The notes under the pieces were generated by a model, which was not told where the DNA came from, searched no databases, and worked only from the letters and a program-made list of their open reading frames with translations. Made by a program: the position numbers and the translations under genes. Positions 11,823-22,923 of a stretch of DNA of 35,544 nt are shown in pieces. The stretch is from Klebsormidium nitens (Eukaryota; Plantae; Klebsormidiophyceae). Position 1 is the stretch's first letter; each line of letters starts with the position of its first letter. The stretch spans positions 1-35,544 of the forward strand of contig DF237710.1 of NCBI GenBank assembly GCA_000708835.1, written 5' to 3'.

Positions 11823-13339
11823 CTAAGAGCGCGTAATGGGTGATGGACAGGTTACAGCTGGACTGAGGAAATAAGGGGCTACAGCGAGCGACCAGAGGGG
11901 TTTGGCGCCACATTGAGGACCAGGCAGTGGCTGCTTGGGCCTCTTATTTCAAACCAATCTGACAGGGCCCAGACTCAGAGTCCATCCCATCGTGGCCCAC
12001 TCAAGAACATCAGAACGTCTACCAGTAACAGGCAAACAGCACCAGCGGGCTACATTGGCTTTGCTGTTATTAAACGTCCTCGCGAATCGATCAGATCTCC
12101 TAATTAAACCCAATGCCTGAAGTGATGCGCGCCTTGCAGCTCAGCAAAGGCTGCTTCATTGCTGCCGTCCGTGACTTGAAGGTGGACCATGGCAAAAGAG
12201 GGATTTCATCTGAAACGTTTCCAGAATGTTCAGAGGTGTAATTAAGTTTTCTGTGGGGCCCCTGTGGGGCATACTTGAAGTTTAAAGTCACTGGCTAATT
12301 AGCGACAATGCACCCTTTGTCATCTCCTTATATCTACAAATTCGCACTACGCCCTTAAAGATTGTGTTGTCCTCCTACCTTGCTTCGGGCTTGCTTCATG
12401 CGATGGCACAACAACAGGGCTCAGCGGGTTGGGTCAACTGTTTGCCAATGCCAATGGCCATGGCCTCAGATACATGCGCATATCTAGTTGGAACACCTAG
12501 GTAGGTTGTATGCAGCTGAGTGGACTGATCGGCCCACGCAATCCACTCTGAGAGCCACCAAGCAATCGAAGTGATCAGGTAGGTACGCTATACCGGTAGC
12601 TTAGACTATCTGCAGTATCTGGAGCCAATTCTGAAGGCAGTGACTCTGTCAGTGACTCAATAATCTAGTGCTACAAACCAGTACGGCTTCGGTCCTTGTG
12701 TTCAGCTGTGGGGCATGCCGCATGTGCCACATGGAAGGCCTCAAACCAATAAGCTGGTCTGCGCCCACAATGCACATGCTTGGCAGCGAGGTCCGAGGAC
12801 TGTCGGCTTCTGCGTTTCAACAGTATTCAACTTCTACCGGAAACGCGCGGCCCTCTGGGACCCCCGGGCCGCCGGTCCGCGCCCCGGCCCGCCCAACGCC
12901 GAGAACCGAGGGCGTTCAATGTTTTGCTTGAATTGCCGACGCGACTTCGGGGGGTACCTTCCGCACGCAAAAGTGGTCCCGTGCGACGATCGAATCTTCA
13001 TCGCAGAATTAGCGCGTCGCATGACCATTGACACTGGCCAACACCGGATGTTTTTGCTGACGTATGACCGTACGAGTCGGCGAATTGGAAACAGACGGTA
13101 CCGCTGCGACCCCCGGATGTCAGATGACCCTGACGACGGGATCATGATGGATCACGAGTCACGACTCACCGAGCGGCGAGGACGACACACTGCACACTGC
13201 AGTGCACAGTGCCCACTGCCGCACTGCGCACTACGGATCCATCACCGGTTTACCGGCTGTACCCGGCTCAAGCCTCAGCCAGTAGACCCGACTCGTCACC
13301 CGACCTCACCGACCGGATTGTCAGGTCAGCCTGGGTTAG

Positions 13340-13604
13340 CCCAGGCGGACCGCAGAACCGCAGAATAGCTGGGGGACGACCAAGAATCGCAGCGCTGCCG
13401 TCCAGATTTTGACGTCAAAAAATAAACGCTCAGGATCTTTCGTTTATTCTCAGTTAGGCCCGGTTTGTCCAAACCCTACTATCAGAACCTGTCCTGCCAA
13501 AGTTTGCGACCCAGTAGCTAACTTTGCAGGCTGGAGTCATTATGTTCAGATCGGACGGTAGCGCTGCGATTTCGTCCATCGCGAAGTTCTGCGGTCCGCC
13601 TGGG
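13340..13604. mobile_element. Foldback / MITE-like inverted-repeat element (~265 bp)
   Basis: 13340-13358 and 13586-13604 are a perfect 19-bp inverted pair. 13385-13403 and 13553-13571 are an 18/19 inverted pair. An internal 14-bp palindrome ttttgacgtcaaaa lies at 13407-13420. No clear TSD. Confidence 0.55.
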
Positions 13605-13636
13605 AGTGGGGCCCGGGGCGTTGGGTCCCGACACAG

Positions 13637-13806
13637 TTTAGGAATAGTAAGCTTTAGGAATAGTAAGCTGACCACTGACCAGCCTGGGACGGGTAGGGTT
13701 AGTTTGGGGGTTAGGGTGGGTACGGGTGCGGAGCGGGTGTTTTATTAAGGTTAGGGTTTTTGGTGTTACTCGGAGCTTACTATTATCTTTGCTTACTATT
13801 ATCTTT
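13637..13806. repeat. G-tract/telomere-like core bracketed by inverted tandem 16-bp repeats
   Basis: (tttaggaatagtaagc)x2 at 13637-13668 and (gcttactattatcttt)x2 at 13775-13806 share AATAGTAAGC in opposite orientation. Between them lie eight G3+ runs (13686-13737) and TTAGGG at 13711 and 13751. Confidence 0.8.
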
Positions 13807-14618
13807 CTTGAGAGTTTAATCTTTGATGGCATGTCGCGACATTTCAAAATTCCGATGGTCGTTCACGTGGTGGAAGTTGGAACTGCCTGTCGTATCATTT
13901 AGTAATGCGGAGGCATGGAAATCACGTGTTGCACATTCGGTGAATCGACGGCCTCAAACTTACGCGAGCATCGTCGACGGTCCAGGCAACGGTCCAATAT
14001 GTGATTCGAATTTGCATTGTGGAGAGTTGCGCTCCGAGTCCTTGCTCATGGATTTGCTCGTTCCGCAACAGCCTGGTTCAAAGTTCAGCCACAGAGGGAC
14101 ATTGCAAGGACGCATTCGATACCCGGCTCAGGAAAGAGCAAAGGGGGATGGCCTGCTAGCTCTTCGAAAGTTGCGGTGCTCTGGGGACTGTTTCATTCAC
14201 TGTTGGGGCCACAGCCAGAGCGGCTTCAAGGGCGAGGAAAAAGCGCGGGGGTCTAGCTCCCTCCAATGTGTAAACAGGGGCAGTCACCTTATGTTCGTTA
14301 CTGTCTTCCCACAGGGGGTTGGACATTTCGAGAAGCACGCATGCGCGAGTTGGTTGGCAAGACACTGTCAACCATTGATCAATAGCGCACCGCAAGCAAA
14401 AAGTAGCCTTATAGTCTCTTGAAAACAAGCTTGAAAAACTAGAGAGTGAAAAGCAGCTGGATCAAGGATGCCGTCCCCGATGGTATACTTACGCCCACTC
14501 CTGCTTTTGGGGCTCGCACTCAGCTGGGGCCGTGCAGAGGGCCAGACACTCTCTGGCGATCGTAAGTCTTCCAACAGCAATGGAGCCCAATGTATAGGGG
14601 CCTGAATGGATCAGCATA

Positions 14619-17600
14619 ATGGAAATTTCTGTTTTGCTGTTTCGTCTGCCCGGGCCCAGCCAAAAGCTGAGGCAACTGATAGTGGGCCTCTTGCTTTTGC
14701 CGACAAGGGTATCAGAATCTACTCATGTGCAATGGATGAGGATAAACATTAATTACCAGAGCGTTGCCGGGGTTATGGTTTTCTTGTGGTCAAGCCGACG
14801 TCACAGGCCATGGGGCAGTATTACGACACTTGTCGAATCACTGACCTACACATTGTCGCAAGTGGTACAACAAAGCTGGAAACGCCTGTCCAGTCCCTTG
14901 GTCAATCCTGGGCACAGCTCGTTGCAAGCTTATTTTTCTAACCCAGCTTCTAAGTGCAACCTCAACCAGATGTACCAAGGCTCTGATTGCCACATCACCT
15001 AATCAGAAACTCCTGGCTGCTTCACAGGCTCTTCATGGTGAGCTATTTTTGATTCCGCCGCCAAGTCGCTTGCCGCTGACTGTCCATGCTTTGCTGAGTG
15101 CAGTGGCTGCGCTCCTGTCTCTCCAAGCATCGTTCGCCCCAAACCCAATCTTTGCGTCCTGGACCGGGATCGATCCGTGCGGGTCCCGATGGAAGGGAGT
15201 CTTCTGCGCCAACGCGTCCGTCCTGCGGCTGTGAGTCCTTCGTGCTGCGGGCCAGATGGAATTCTGTCCCCCTGAAAACGCAGTCGTTTGTCTCAATCAG
15301 TGGCCAAGTCGACTGGTTTTCTGATGACGGGTCTCTATTAGCGGTTTTGCAAGCTGCAGGCCAATGGGCCCCTCTGGCGGACTTCCTTCAAGGCTAGTCG
15401 ACGGCCCCGCTGCGCTTTGTCCTGATCCTTACTAGGCAGCAGTATAGGAGTGGCCCTTCGGTATTTGTGTGCAAAGCTAGCAAAAGATGGTGCAAGCATG
15501 CTCTTCTTGCACTTCCACCTGATTCAGGTCAGGGCACTGACGCCGTGCTGCTCTTGCCTGGACCCCCAGAGACCTGAGCAAGGCCGGGCTGTATGGCATC
15601 CTCACTCCGCAGCTGGGCAACCTCGTCAACATGGAAGAGCTGTGAGTGCATTCTAGGTCCGCTTCTGAGGACGCTGTCTTTCAGGTGTCAAACGCTGAAG
15701 TTGCAGCACAGCCTGCCTTGATTCCCGGTGGTTCTGCAGCTCTGGTTTGGACACCTGTTCCCGTAAGTTGGAAACGTTAGTTGTGGCTATTCCTGGTCTC
15801 AAAACTAAGTAAGAGCAAGCACCAGGTACCCATGCTTGTCTTCATTCTCTGTTTTGAGGCATGCCGCACCATTCATACCCGATCCGTGCTGAGGGATACC
15901 GCCTGATTGCGTCGGGCTTTCCTGCAGGTACTTGAATGACAACAACATTACGGGGACCATTCCTCCGGAGCTGGGCAACATGACGGACATGGTCCACCTG
16001 TGAGCACCTGATCTGAGTAACCCGACGCTCACTGTATAAGCTATAGATCGTTCCTTGGGCAAAGGAAACAAAATGTACCAAGTGTGTAGGCTCCTCACAT
16101 GGCTGCAAAGTGGCAGCCCCGCCATGTGGGCAGATGGGTGGAGGGCCGGACATGCACAATGTCTGCCAGAAAATTGAGATCCGATTTGCAACCGTTTGTG
16201 ATTTTGTAAGAGTTGCGGGCTTCTTAAACTTAAGGGCAGAGCTCTGTGTCGTGCATACAGTTGATCGGTTCTCTCCTCACTTTTTCTTTGCCGCAGATGG
16301 CTCCACGACAACCAGCTGACGGGGACCATTCCTCCGGAGCTAGGCAACATGAAGCACCTCCAAGATCTGTGAGGTCCTTCCCACTTTCTTGACATGCTCC
16401 TGGCTGACAGCTATACCATCATTCCTTGTGTAGAGTGACGATTCATTTGCTGACTCCTTGGCCAATCCTGTCTGCCTCGCTTCTGGGGAAAGGAACTGGA
16501 GTTGCCGGATGTTTGAGAGGGCTTTTGAGATCGGCCAAACAACTGAAGTAACGACATTCGCTTGCAGGACGCTGAACAGGAACAACTTGACGGGGAACGT
16601 GCCCGCCACGCTCAGCAACGTCACCAACCTCAGGTGAGTGGTCGGACCTTCTTTTAGCTTGTTGCTAAGTGCTGTGATTTGAGGTAGGGGCAAGCATAAT
16701 GAGTGCATCAGGGTCCTTGGCTCTTTGGAGCTTTGGGGAGGTGGGATCAATCCTATAAACATGCTTGCACCCTCAGCCGTGGAAATTTGTGCAACACCCT
16801 CTCCATGCCCAATTTTTCCAAACCCTCTCGGTTTGGAATCAGAGATTGCAGGTAAGTGTTGATTCTTTGTCATGTACTGTTGATTCCTTGCTTGGCCCCC
16901 TCTTTCGGTTTTCAACTCTGTACCTGAACGTAGCAACATGTTAGCCAGCTCGCTGTTCAATTCAATCAGCACTCACTGACCTTGTCCCGCACCCCTGCCC
17001 CTTTGCAGCGTCTCCAACAACCGGCTGTGCAGCGAGACCGTCGGCAATACGTGCACAAGCCCACCCTCCGTCTCTGATTCCCCCACCCCGGCACAGATCC
17101 TCATTGGCCTGCTAAAGAACCCCCCCGTCGCGACTATGCCGCCTCCTGTTGCCACTCCGACCCTCCCGCTGGCAATCCCCCCAACCCCGGTGGTTAACCT
17201 AACCCTCCCGGTTAACACCACCGCAACGGTGGCAAACCAGAGCATGCCGGTGCTAAACGCCACAGCACCGAGCATCGCCTTCGCCCCTGCTCCATTCATG
17301 CCGATATCCGCACGGGTGAATACCTCTAATGTCGTCAACTCCTCTTCAGCGGCAGTAATGAATCCCCTGGCAAAGGGGAACGCGACATGCGGTGGGTGTT
17401 ACCCGTCGAATACGACGCTAGGGCTGGATAACTGCACGTGCGTGCTGCCCAACGTGTACTTCCTCCAGTTCAGCGAACCGGTGCTGGCAGACGTCCAGGC
17501 CAACAGCAGCCTGCAGAACACGCTGGTAGACACGCTGGCATTCAAACTTGGACTGCAGAGGGCGCAGGTCCGGGTCGTCGACACGCGGGGGCCGCAAGTG

Positions 17601-20600
17601 CTCGCTGCAATCCAGGTGAGTCACGCGCCCGAAGTTGGGCGCGAAAGTCGTGGCATTGAAACGGCGCTGTTGACTGAAGCTTTCAAGGAAGATGAGCATA
17701 CGACCATGCGAGATAGTTTTCTCGGATCTTGCTTTGTGCGCCGTGTATGCTTACGTTGCTTTTGAATGAGGAGAATATCGTTCGGAGAGTCCTGCTACCT
17801 ACCTTCTTCTTTGACAGTCTTGTTTTCATGTCAAGCAAAACAATTCTCAATCGCTCACTGCCTGCAGTGAGAAAACCTTTAATGACAACCCAAGTGACTA
17901 GTCGATGAACTGCCAGGCGTTTTTGCGGGCAACTTCATCTAGCTGTCGCTCTGGCCCGCTATTCTCACAACCTCGCCGCAAACGGGCATCTTTCTGGCAC
18001 GATCGCTGCAGTAAGCGTAAACCAAGTCGGTGTCGAATTGCCGCAGATTTTGCCCCTGGCGGGCCTGCACCTGGACCTCGACCAGTCGGCCTTCCTGACA
18101 ACGCGACTGGCAACCAACGCCGTCAACTTCACTGCGCCCTTCACGCCCTACCGCTTCCTCAGTAAGTGCCACCGCCAACGCGCAGGTTATCAAGGCTCTG
18201 CCAATTCACCAGTGTGTTTACCTCATCGAAGATGATTCACAAGTGGTACAAGAGGCAGTGAGGTCGGGAAGGCGCGAGAGGCTTGGCGCGTTCGAATCGG
18301 TAGTAAAGGCGATGACTGTAAGTGTCGAAGTTAGCAATGTGACACTGGGGCGCCCGTGCGCAAACACTCCTCCCCCTTTTATCGAAACTGAGCATTGAAC
18401 CCGTCTACCTTATGGTGCTGCATGTCAAGCCGTTGGAAAGGGTTGTTTTAAGGTGGCGCGTTCTCAACCGACCCCTCTTTTCGCTCGCAGCCCCGTTGAA
18501 CCCGCTCCATCCATTCCCCATCTCGACCACCAGCAGCAAGAACGACGGCGTGCTGATCGCCGTCTTCTTCGGCCTCATCTACCCGCTCCTAGTTCTCGCC
18601 GGCACCGTCGGTTATCTGTGCCTCTGGCGAAAGGGCGGACGCGACCGGCCGGTCCGTCGGGACATGGAGCGAGGCGAGCTGACGGAAGCAGAGAAAGATG
18701 GTAAGGACCTCCCGCTCAGACAGCGTGTGTCTCGGCATGGAGTATCCACAAGCTGCCTCTTGACATCAATATGCGTAATTGTACAGCCGATGTGAGCCAA
18801 CGAGCATCTTTATACGCAGCCCGCTTTCCGCACCACAATTGGCACGTCACGCTAGAATGACGGCTCTCCAGACGAATGATAAACTGTCTATTCCACACCC
18901 ATTTAAAATCTCATTGAGAGGACGCGAGCATCTACTCATGGGATTGTCAAATAGTCCTTGAAAACAGTCCCCCGTTCACTTCTCCCCACCAGCCACCCTC
19001 TCGAAGTCACACTGCTCAGCTCAATACACCCACCCACTTGAGCTCCAAACCCCAAGGTCCTCACCTTTGTCCAATGCGTTCCCCCACTCTTTTGTGCAGC
19101 GTGGCAGCAGCGCAACTCTGGCATCATCCGCAGCAGCTCCCTCGAGGGCTCCGGCGGCGGCAGCGGCACCAACCCCTTCCGCGAGCTCAACGCAAACCGG
19201 CAGGTCTCCAAACCGGCCGGATTCAAGAAGCCCGCCCCGCCCGCGTTTTCCGCCGACACCGAGAACGCGAGCGAGCGCGATCACTGGGGCGGGCAGTGGG
19301 ACCGGGTGCGGCCCCAGGTGCGGCAGTACACTCTGGCGTACCTGCAGCAGGCGACCGGGAACTTCTCCCGGGGGATCGGGGAGGGCAACCTCGCCAAAGT
19401 GTTTGTGGTGAGTGCTCGCGGGCGGGGAGAAAAGGGGGTGGCACTTGGGCTGTCAAAAGGTTCGATGCGGCATGGTGATACGTGGCGCAAGGAAACCGGC
19501 CAGAGTCTCAGAGCTTAAGGAGTTTTCTCTACGTTCCTGCTTAGAAGTCAAGCCTGCAGGGCAGATGCGGGAGGTCGTAGGACATTCTCGACACGGCCAA
19601 ACATGAGACAAGCTTGAAAAACACTTGCGAAATTGCTCCTGGGTCCTTTCTGACTGCGCTCTCTGATCTCTTTATTTTTTCGTTCTTCGTCACTCCAGGG
19701 CCGCATTGAAGGTGACGTGCCAGTGGCGGTGTCGTGCCTGCGCAACGGCGCCGTGGTGCGGGCCAAGGACTTCAGCGCCCACGTGGCGATGCTGAGCAGC
19801 ATGGCGTCGCCGCACCTAGTTGCGCTGCTGGGCTACTGCTGCGAGGACGCGCACAAGATCCTCGTCCACGAGCTGTGCATCAACGGCAGCCTGCACGACC
19901 GCCTGCACGGTAGCGCACTGCCTCCTAGCGCTTGCTTTCGCGCCACGTGGAAGCCTATTTCTTGCGCTTTCGCCCAGCGCAACTGATTTCTCCCGCTGGA
20001 TCTCACTGGCAAGGAGGTTCGGTAGATCTCGGTCGTAGCATGTTCTTGCTGTCACTGAACGGGAGTGCTGGTCTGTTCTTGGCGACACTGTTTTGCTCGC
20101 ACTAGCCACCTGCTTTTTTAGTTTTCTTGAAACAGAATAGACAACACGCGACCCCTGCTCGTAGTGTCTGATTATTCCCCGCTGTGGAAGTGCTGCGGCA
20201 GTTTGATCTCGAATGCCTCATAATTGCCGGGACGCAGGCTATCCGCCCTCGCACTGCTTTCAGACCGCATTCAGCAGTTAAAAAATCTGACAATCGTAGC
20301 TTCTTCGGGTTGTATGCAGGTCAGACCGGTTCGCCGCCTCTGGACTGGAGCAAGCGCCTGCGCGTCGCCCGGGGTGCTGCCCTGGGCCTGGCGTTCCTGC
20401 ACGAGGGCACCAACACGGCGCTGGTCCACACGGGAATCAAGCCCAGTAACATCCTCGTCGACCAGGACTTCAACGGAAAGGTGGGCGGCACAACTCCCAC
20501 CGCTTGCATACGCATTTCCTCTCAAGTGGGGACTTCCTTATCTTCAAGAGGCTTTTTGAGGGCAGACGCTCGTGATTCAAAACTGTCGTCGCTTCGATTT

Positions 20601-22923
20601 TTCTTCCGACCTTTGTCTACAACGTCAACCACCTTAGCTCTCGTATGCATTTCAAGCTTCCAGCTGTCAGTTGTCGACTTAACACCCAGAAGACTTTCTA
20701 CTTAAGACTTCCCCCTCTACCCATCCACCGCCTCGGCACTTGGCCAACTATTGAAAGTTCATTCCATCTCTCGTGCAGATCGCTGGTTACGGCTCCGCCT
20801 ACCTAGCGGGCGATCTGGGCGCGAGCGCGCCCGTGCTTGGCAGCTTTGCTTACCACGCTCCGGAGATGACGTCAAGCGGCATCGCTTCGCCCAAGAGTGA
20901 CGTATTTAGCCTGGGGGTCATCCTGCTGGAGCTGCTCACGGGTCGGCGGCCCGTTGACACCAGCCAGCCCAAGAGGCAGCAGAGTCTGCTCACCTGGGTG
21001 AGAATAAGCCCTTTGTTCTGGCAGGAAGAGTTCGAGATTTTTCGAGAACGGAGGGCTTTTGACAGTAAAGGTCGGGGCTTCATATCGCTTGCGAACAGAC
21101 TATAGAAATGCATTTCCTTGTAAGTCATGCAGTCTCAATCTATCCTGGCGCTGTAAATTGTTCATGAGAGTCTTCCTTTGTCTTGCTTTTCAGTATTTTC
21201 TTGTACGACGTCTGAGTGAAGTAATTCGGTTTGCGCTCTCCTCCTGCACGGAGCAGATTTTGCAACGAATTTCGCAAGAGTCTTACTTTGGAGCCACTGA
21301 CCAATCAGGGAGCCTGACGCTTTCCCTTCTCCTCCGCAGGTCCTCCCGCAGCTGGAGGGCAGCGGCAAGAAGTTCTTCTCCTTCGTGGACCCCGCGCTGA
21401 AGCACACCGTGTCGCGCCCCCACCTCGCGGGCCTCGCCGCGCTCGCCAAGCGCTGCCTCGAGGGCGACCCCGCAGACCGCCCCACGGCCGCGGAGGTCGC
21501 CCAGCAGCTGGGCACCCTCGGCCTGGACGAGACCGTGGATCTGGAAGCCAGCGTGGGGTCCGTGAGCACCAAAGATTTGCTGCGGCGCGAGGCGAATCGC
21601 AGCCCCCTGAGACGGACGATGACGCCCATGGAGAAGGTCCCCGAGGCGATGTCCGAGGTGGACCTCAGCGGGGACGACGGCAGCCGCGCGGTCGCGGGTG
21701 AGACGGTTGCACGGGGGTTTGAGATTTGAGGGCCGCGCGGTCCAGGGGTGTGCGGAATGAACGTCAGAAAAAGGATGCGGATGCGAGGTTAATTTCAGAA
21801 GAGGATCCGGCTAGAGAATGCTGAGGGAGTAGAACAGGTTGTGTTGGAATGGAAACAGGCATGAGTATGCTTCCTCCAACTAGGCGCCTTGTCGAACATC
21901 TGCGACTGTTGTCTGGGTTGCAGTTTGTCAACCTGTCCCGACCTGAATCGACTGTCCGTAGAATCACGTTCAGCTGCAGATGAAAGTGTGTCGCAGCCTC
22001 GCACCGAGCGACTTTGCTCTGCCAGCCACGAAACCTGACGTTTATTCCATTCCCTCTTTTTCCTTTCCAACCAGGCCACAAGCACGCCCGCCACGGCAGC
22101 CACTCCGGCGGCCGCCAGGCCGGCTCCTACGCGGGCAGCCTTCCCCGTTCCGGTTCTTCCGGTGGGCGGAACGCTCGTCCGGTCAGCCCCGCTCCGGGCC
22201 GAGGCCCCGACCGGATTCCGGACCCTGCCAAGCGGAAGCCCGCGCGCCTTGTGTCAAACAGCGGGTCGGGCGCGGGCCTGACTGCGGAGCCGGAGGGCGT
22301 GCGCGCGCGCAGCGCCCCGCGGAGGCCGCCGGCCGCCGCCGAGAATCTGTTGGAGGAGCAGCCGTTGACGCCGCCGCCCAACAGGAGCAGGAGCCCATTC
22401 GGGTGAGGGGGCACCGTTTCCGTTCCGGTTCATAACCTTTGACTCTTCTTCAGTTGTCGAGAGCAGATTGCAGCTTCGTAAGAGGATGCTCGGTATTAGA
22501 GCAAAGTGAGGAGCTTTCAAAAACACACGTAGACCGCCTAGATTCTGATGCTTTTCAACGGCATGGTTGTCTTCTGTCGGTCTCGCTCTCGCAGAAAGGT
22601 ATGCTTCCTTAATAACCACCAAGATGAGTAAATCTTAGACACCTTCATCCGAATGGAACATGCTCGCCATTTGTTCACCGCTCCAAATTCACTTGTAGAC
22701 AGAAAGTAACGTGTAGCTCAAACGGCTTCTTTCCAGATGGGGCTCTGCGGCCAGTAGAAACCGGCCCGCCCCTGAGCCGCAGCCCAGCCCTCCCCCGGTT
22801 GCTCGTCCCGGTCACAGAAGGGCGACTTCGGGGCAGGAGAACGAGCCCCCTGCTGCCGCCTACCCGGAAAGCAGGAGGCAACCAGGTCACGCGCGAGGCG
22901 GGTCTGATATGAACAGATACTAG
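14619..22923 (+). CDS. LRR receptor-like pseudokinase (RLK/Pelle), ~1070 aa. Exons: 14619-14708 (uncertain), 15028-15037, 15104-15230, 15570-15641, 15928-15999, 16297-16368, 16568-16633, 17009-17615, 18047-18161, 18491-18700, 19100-19407, 19699-19909, 20320-20480, 20779-20997, 21340-21697, 22075-22402, 22737-22923
   Basis: Contains an LRRNT cap ([23 protein letters not shown]) and 72-nt phase-2 plant LRR exons ([16 protein letters not shown]). A Pro/Thr stalk, a Cys-containing juxtamembrane domain and a TM helix ([26 protein letters not shown]) follow. The RLK kinase fold is recognisable ([47 protein letters not shown]). Summed exon length is 3213 nt, in frame. The first exon and start codon are tentative. 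Confidence 0.9.

Noticed and set aside
13052-13063. 12-bp match (ttttgctgacgt) to the MITE at 29675-29686, plus a shared cgcaaaagt
   Set aside because: Too short and not collinear, so insufficient to call the two elements one family.
12715-13368. 217-aa ORF, considered as a possible transposon protein
   Set aside because: It has no recognisable motif and lies in GC-rich repeat DNA where long stop-free frames arise by chance.
13823-14422. 199-aa ORF upstream of the RLK
   Set aside because: No recognisable domain or signal peptide and no convincing splice link; more likely promoter or 5' UTR.
15321-15425. CTGATGA...CTGA pair in an RLK intron as a possible C/D snoRNA
   Set aside because: No terminal stem, no internal C'/D' boxes and no recognisable rRNA guide.
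18240-18305. GTTCGAATC B-box-like motif suggesting a tRNA or SINE
   Set aside because: No cloverleaf, acceptor stem or proper A-box could be formed.
21698-21729. TGA at 21727-21729 as the RLK's main stop codon
   Set aside because: A phase-compatible donor at 21698 and two strongly coding-like downstream exons argue for a longer CDS. It is kept only as a possible isoform.
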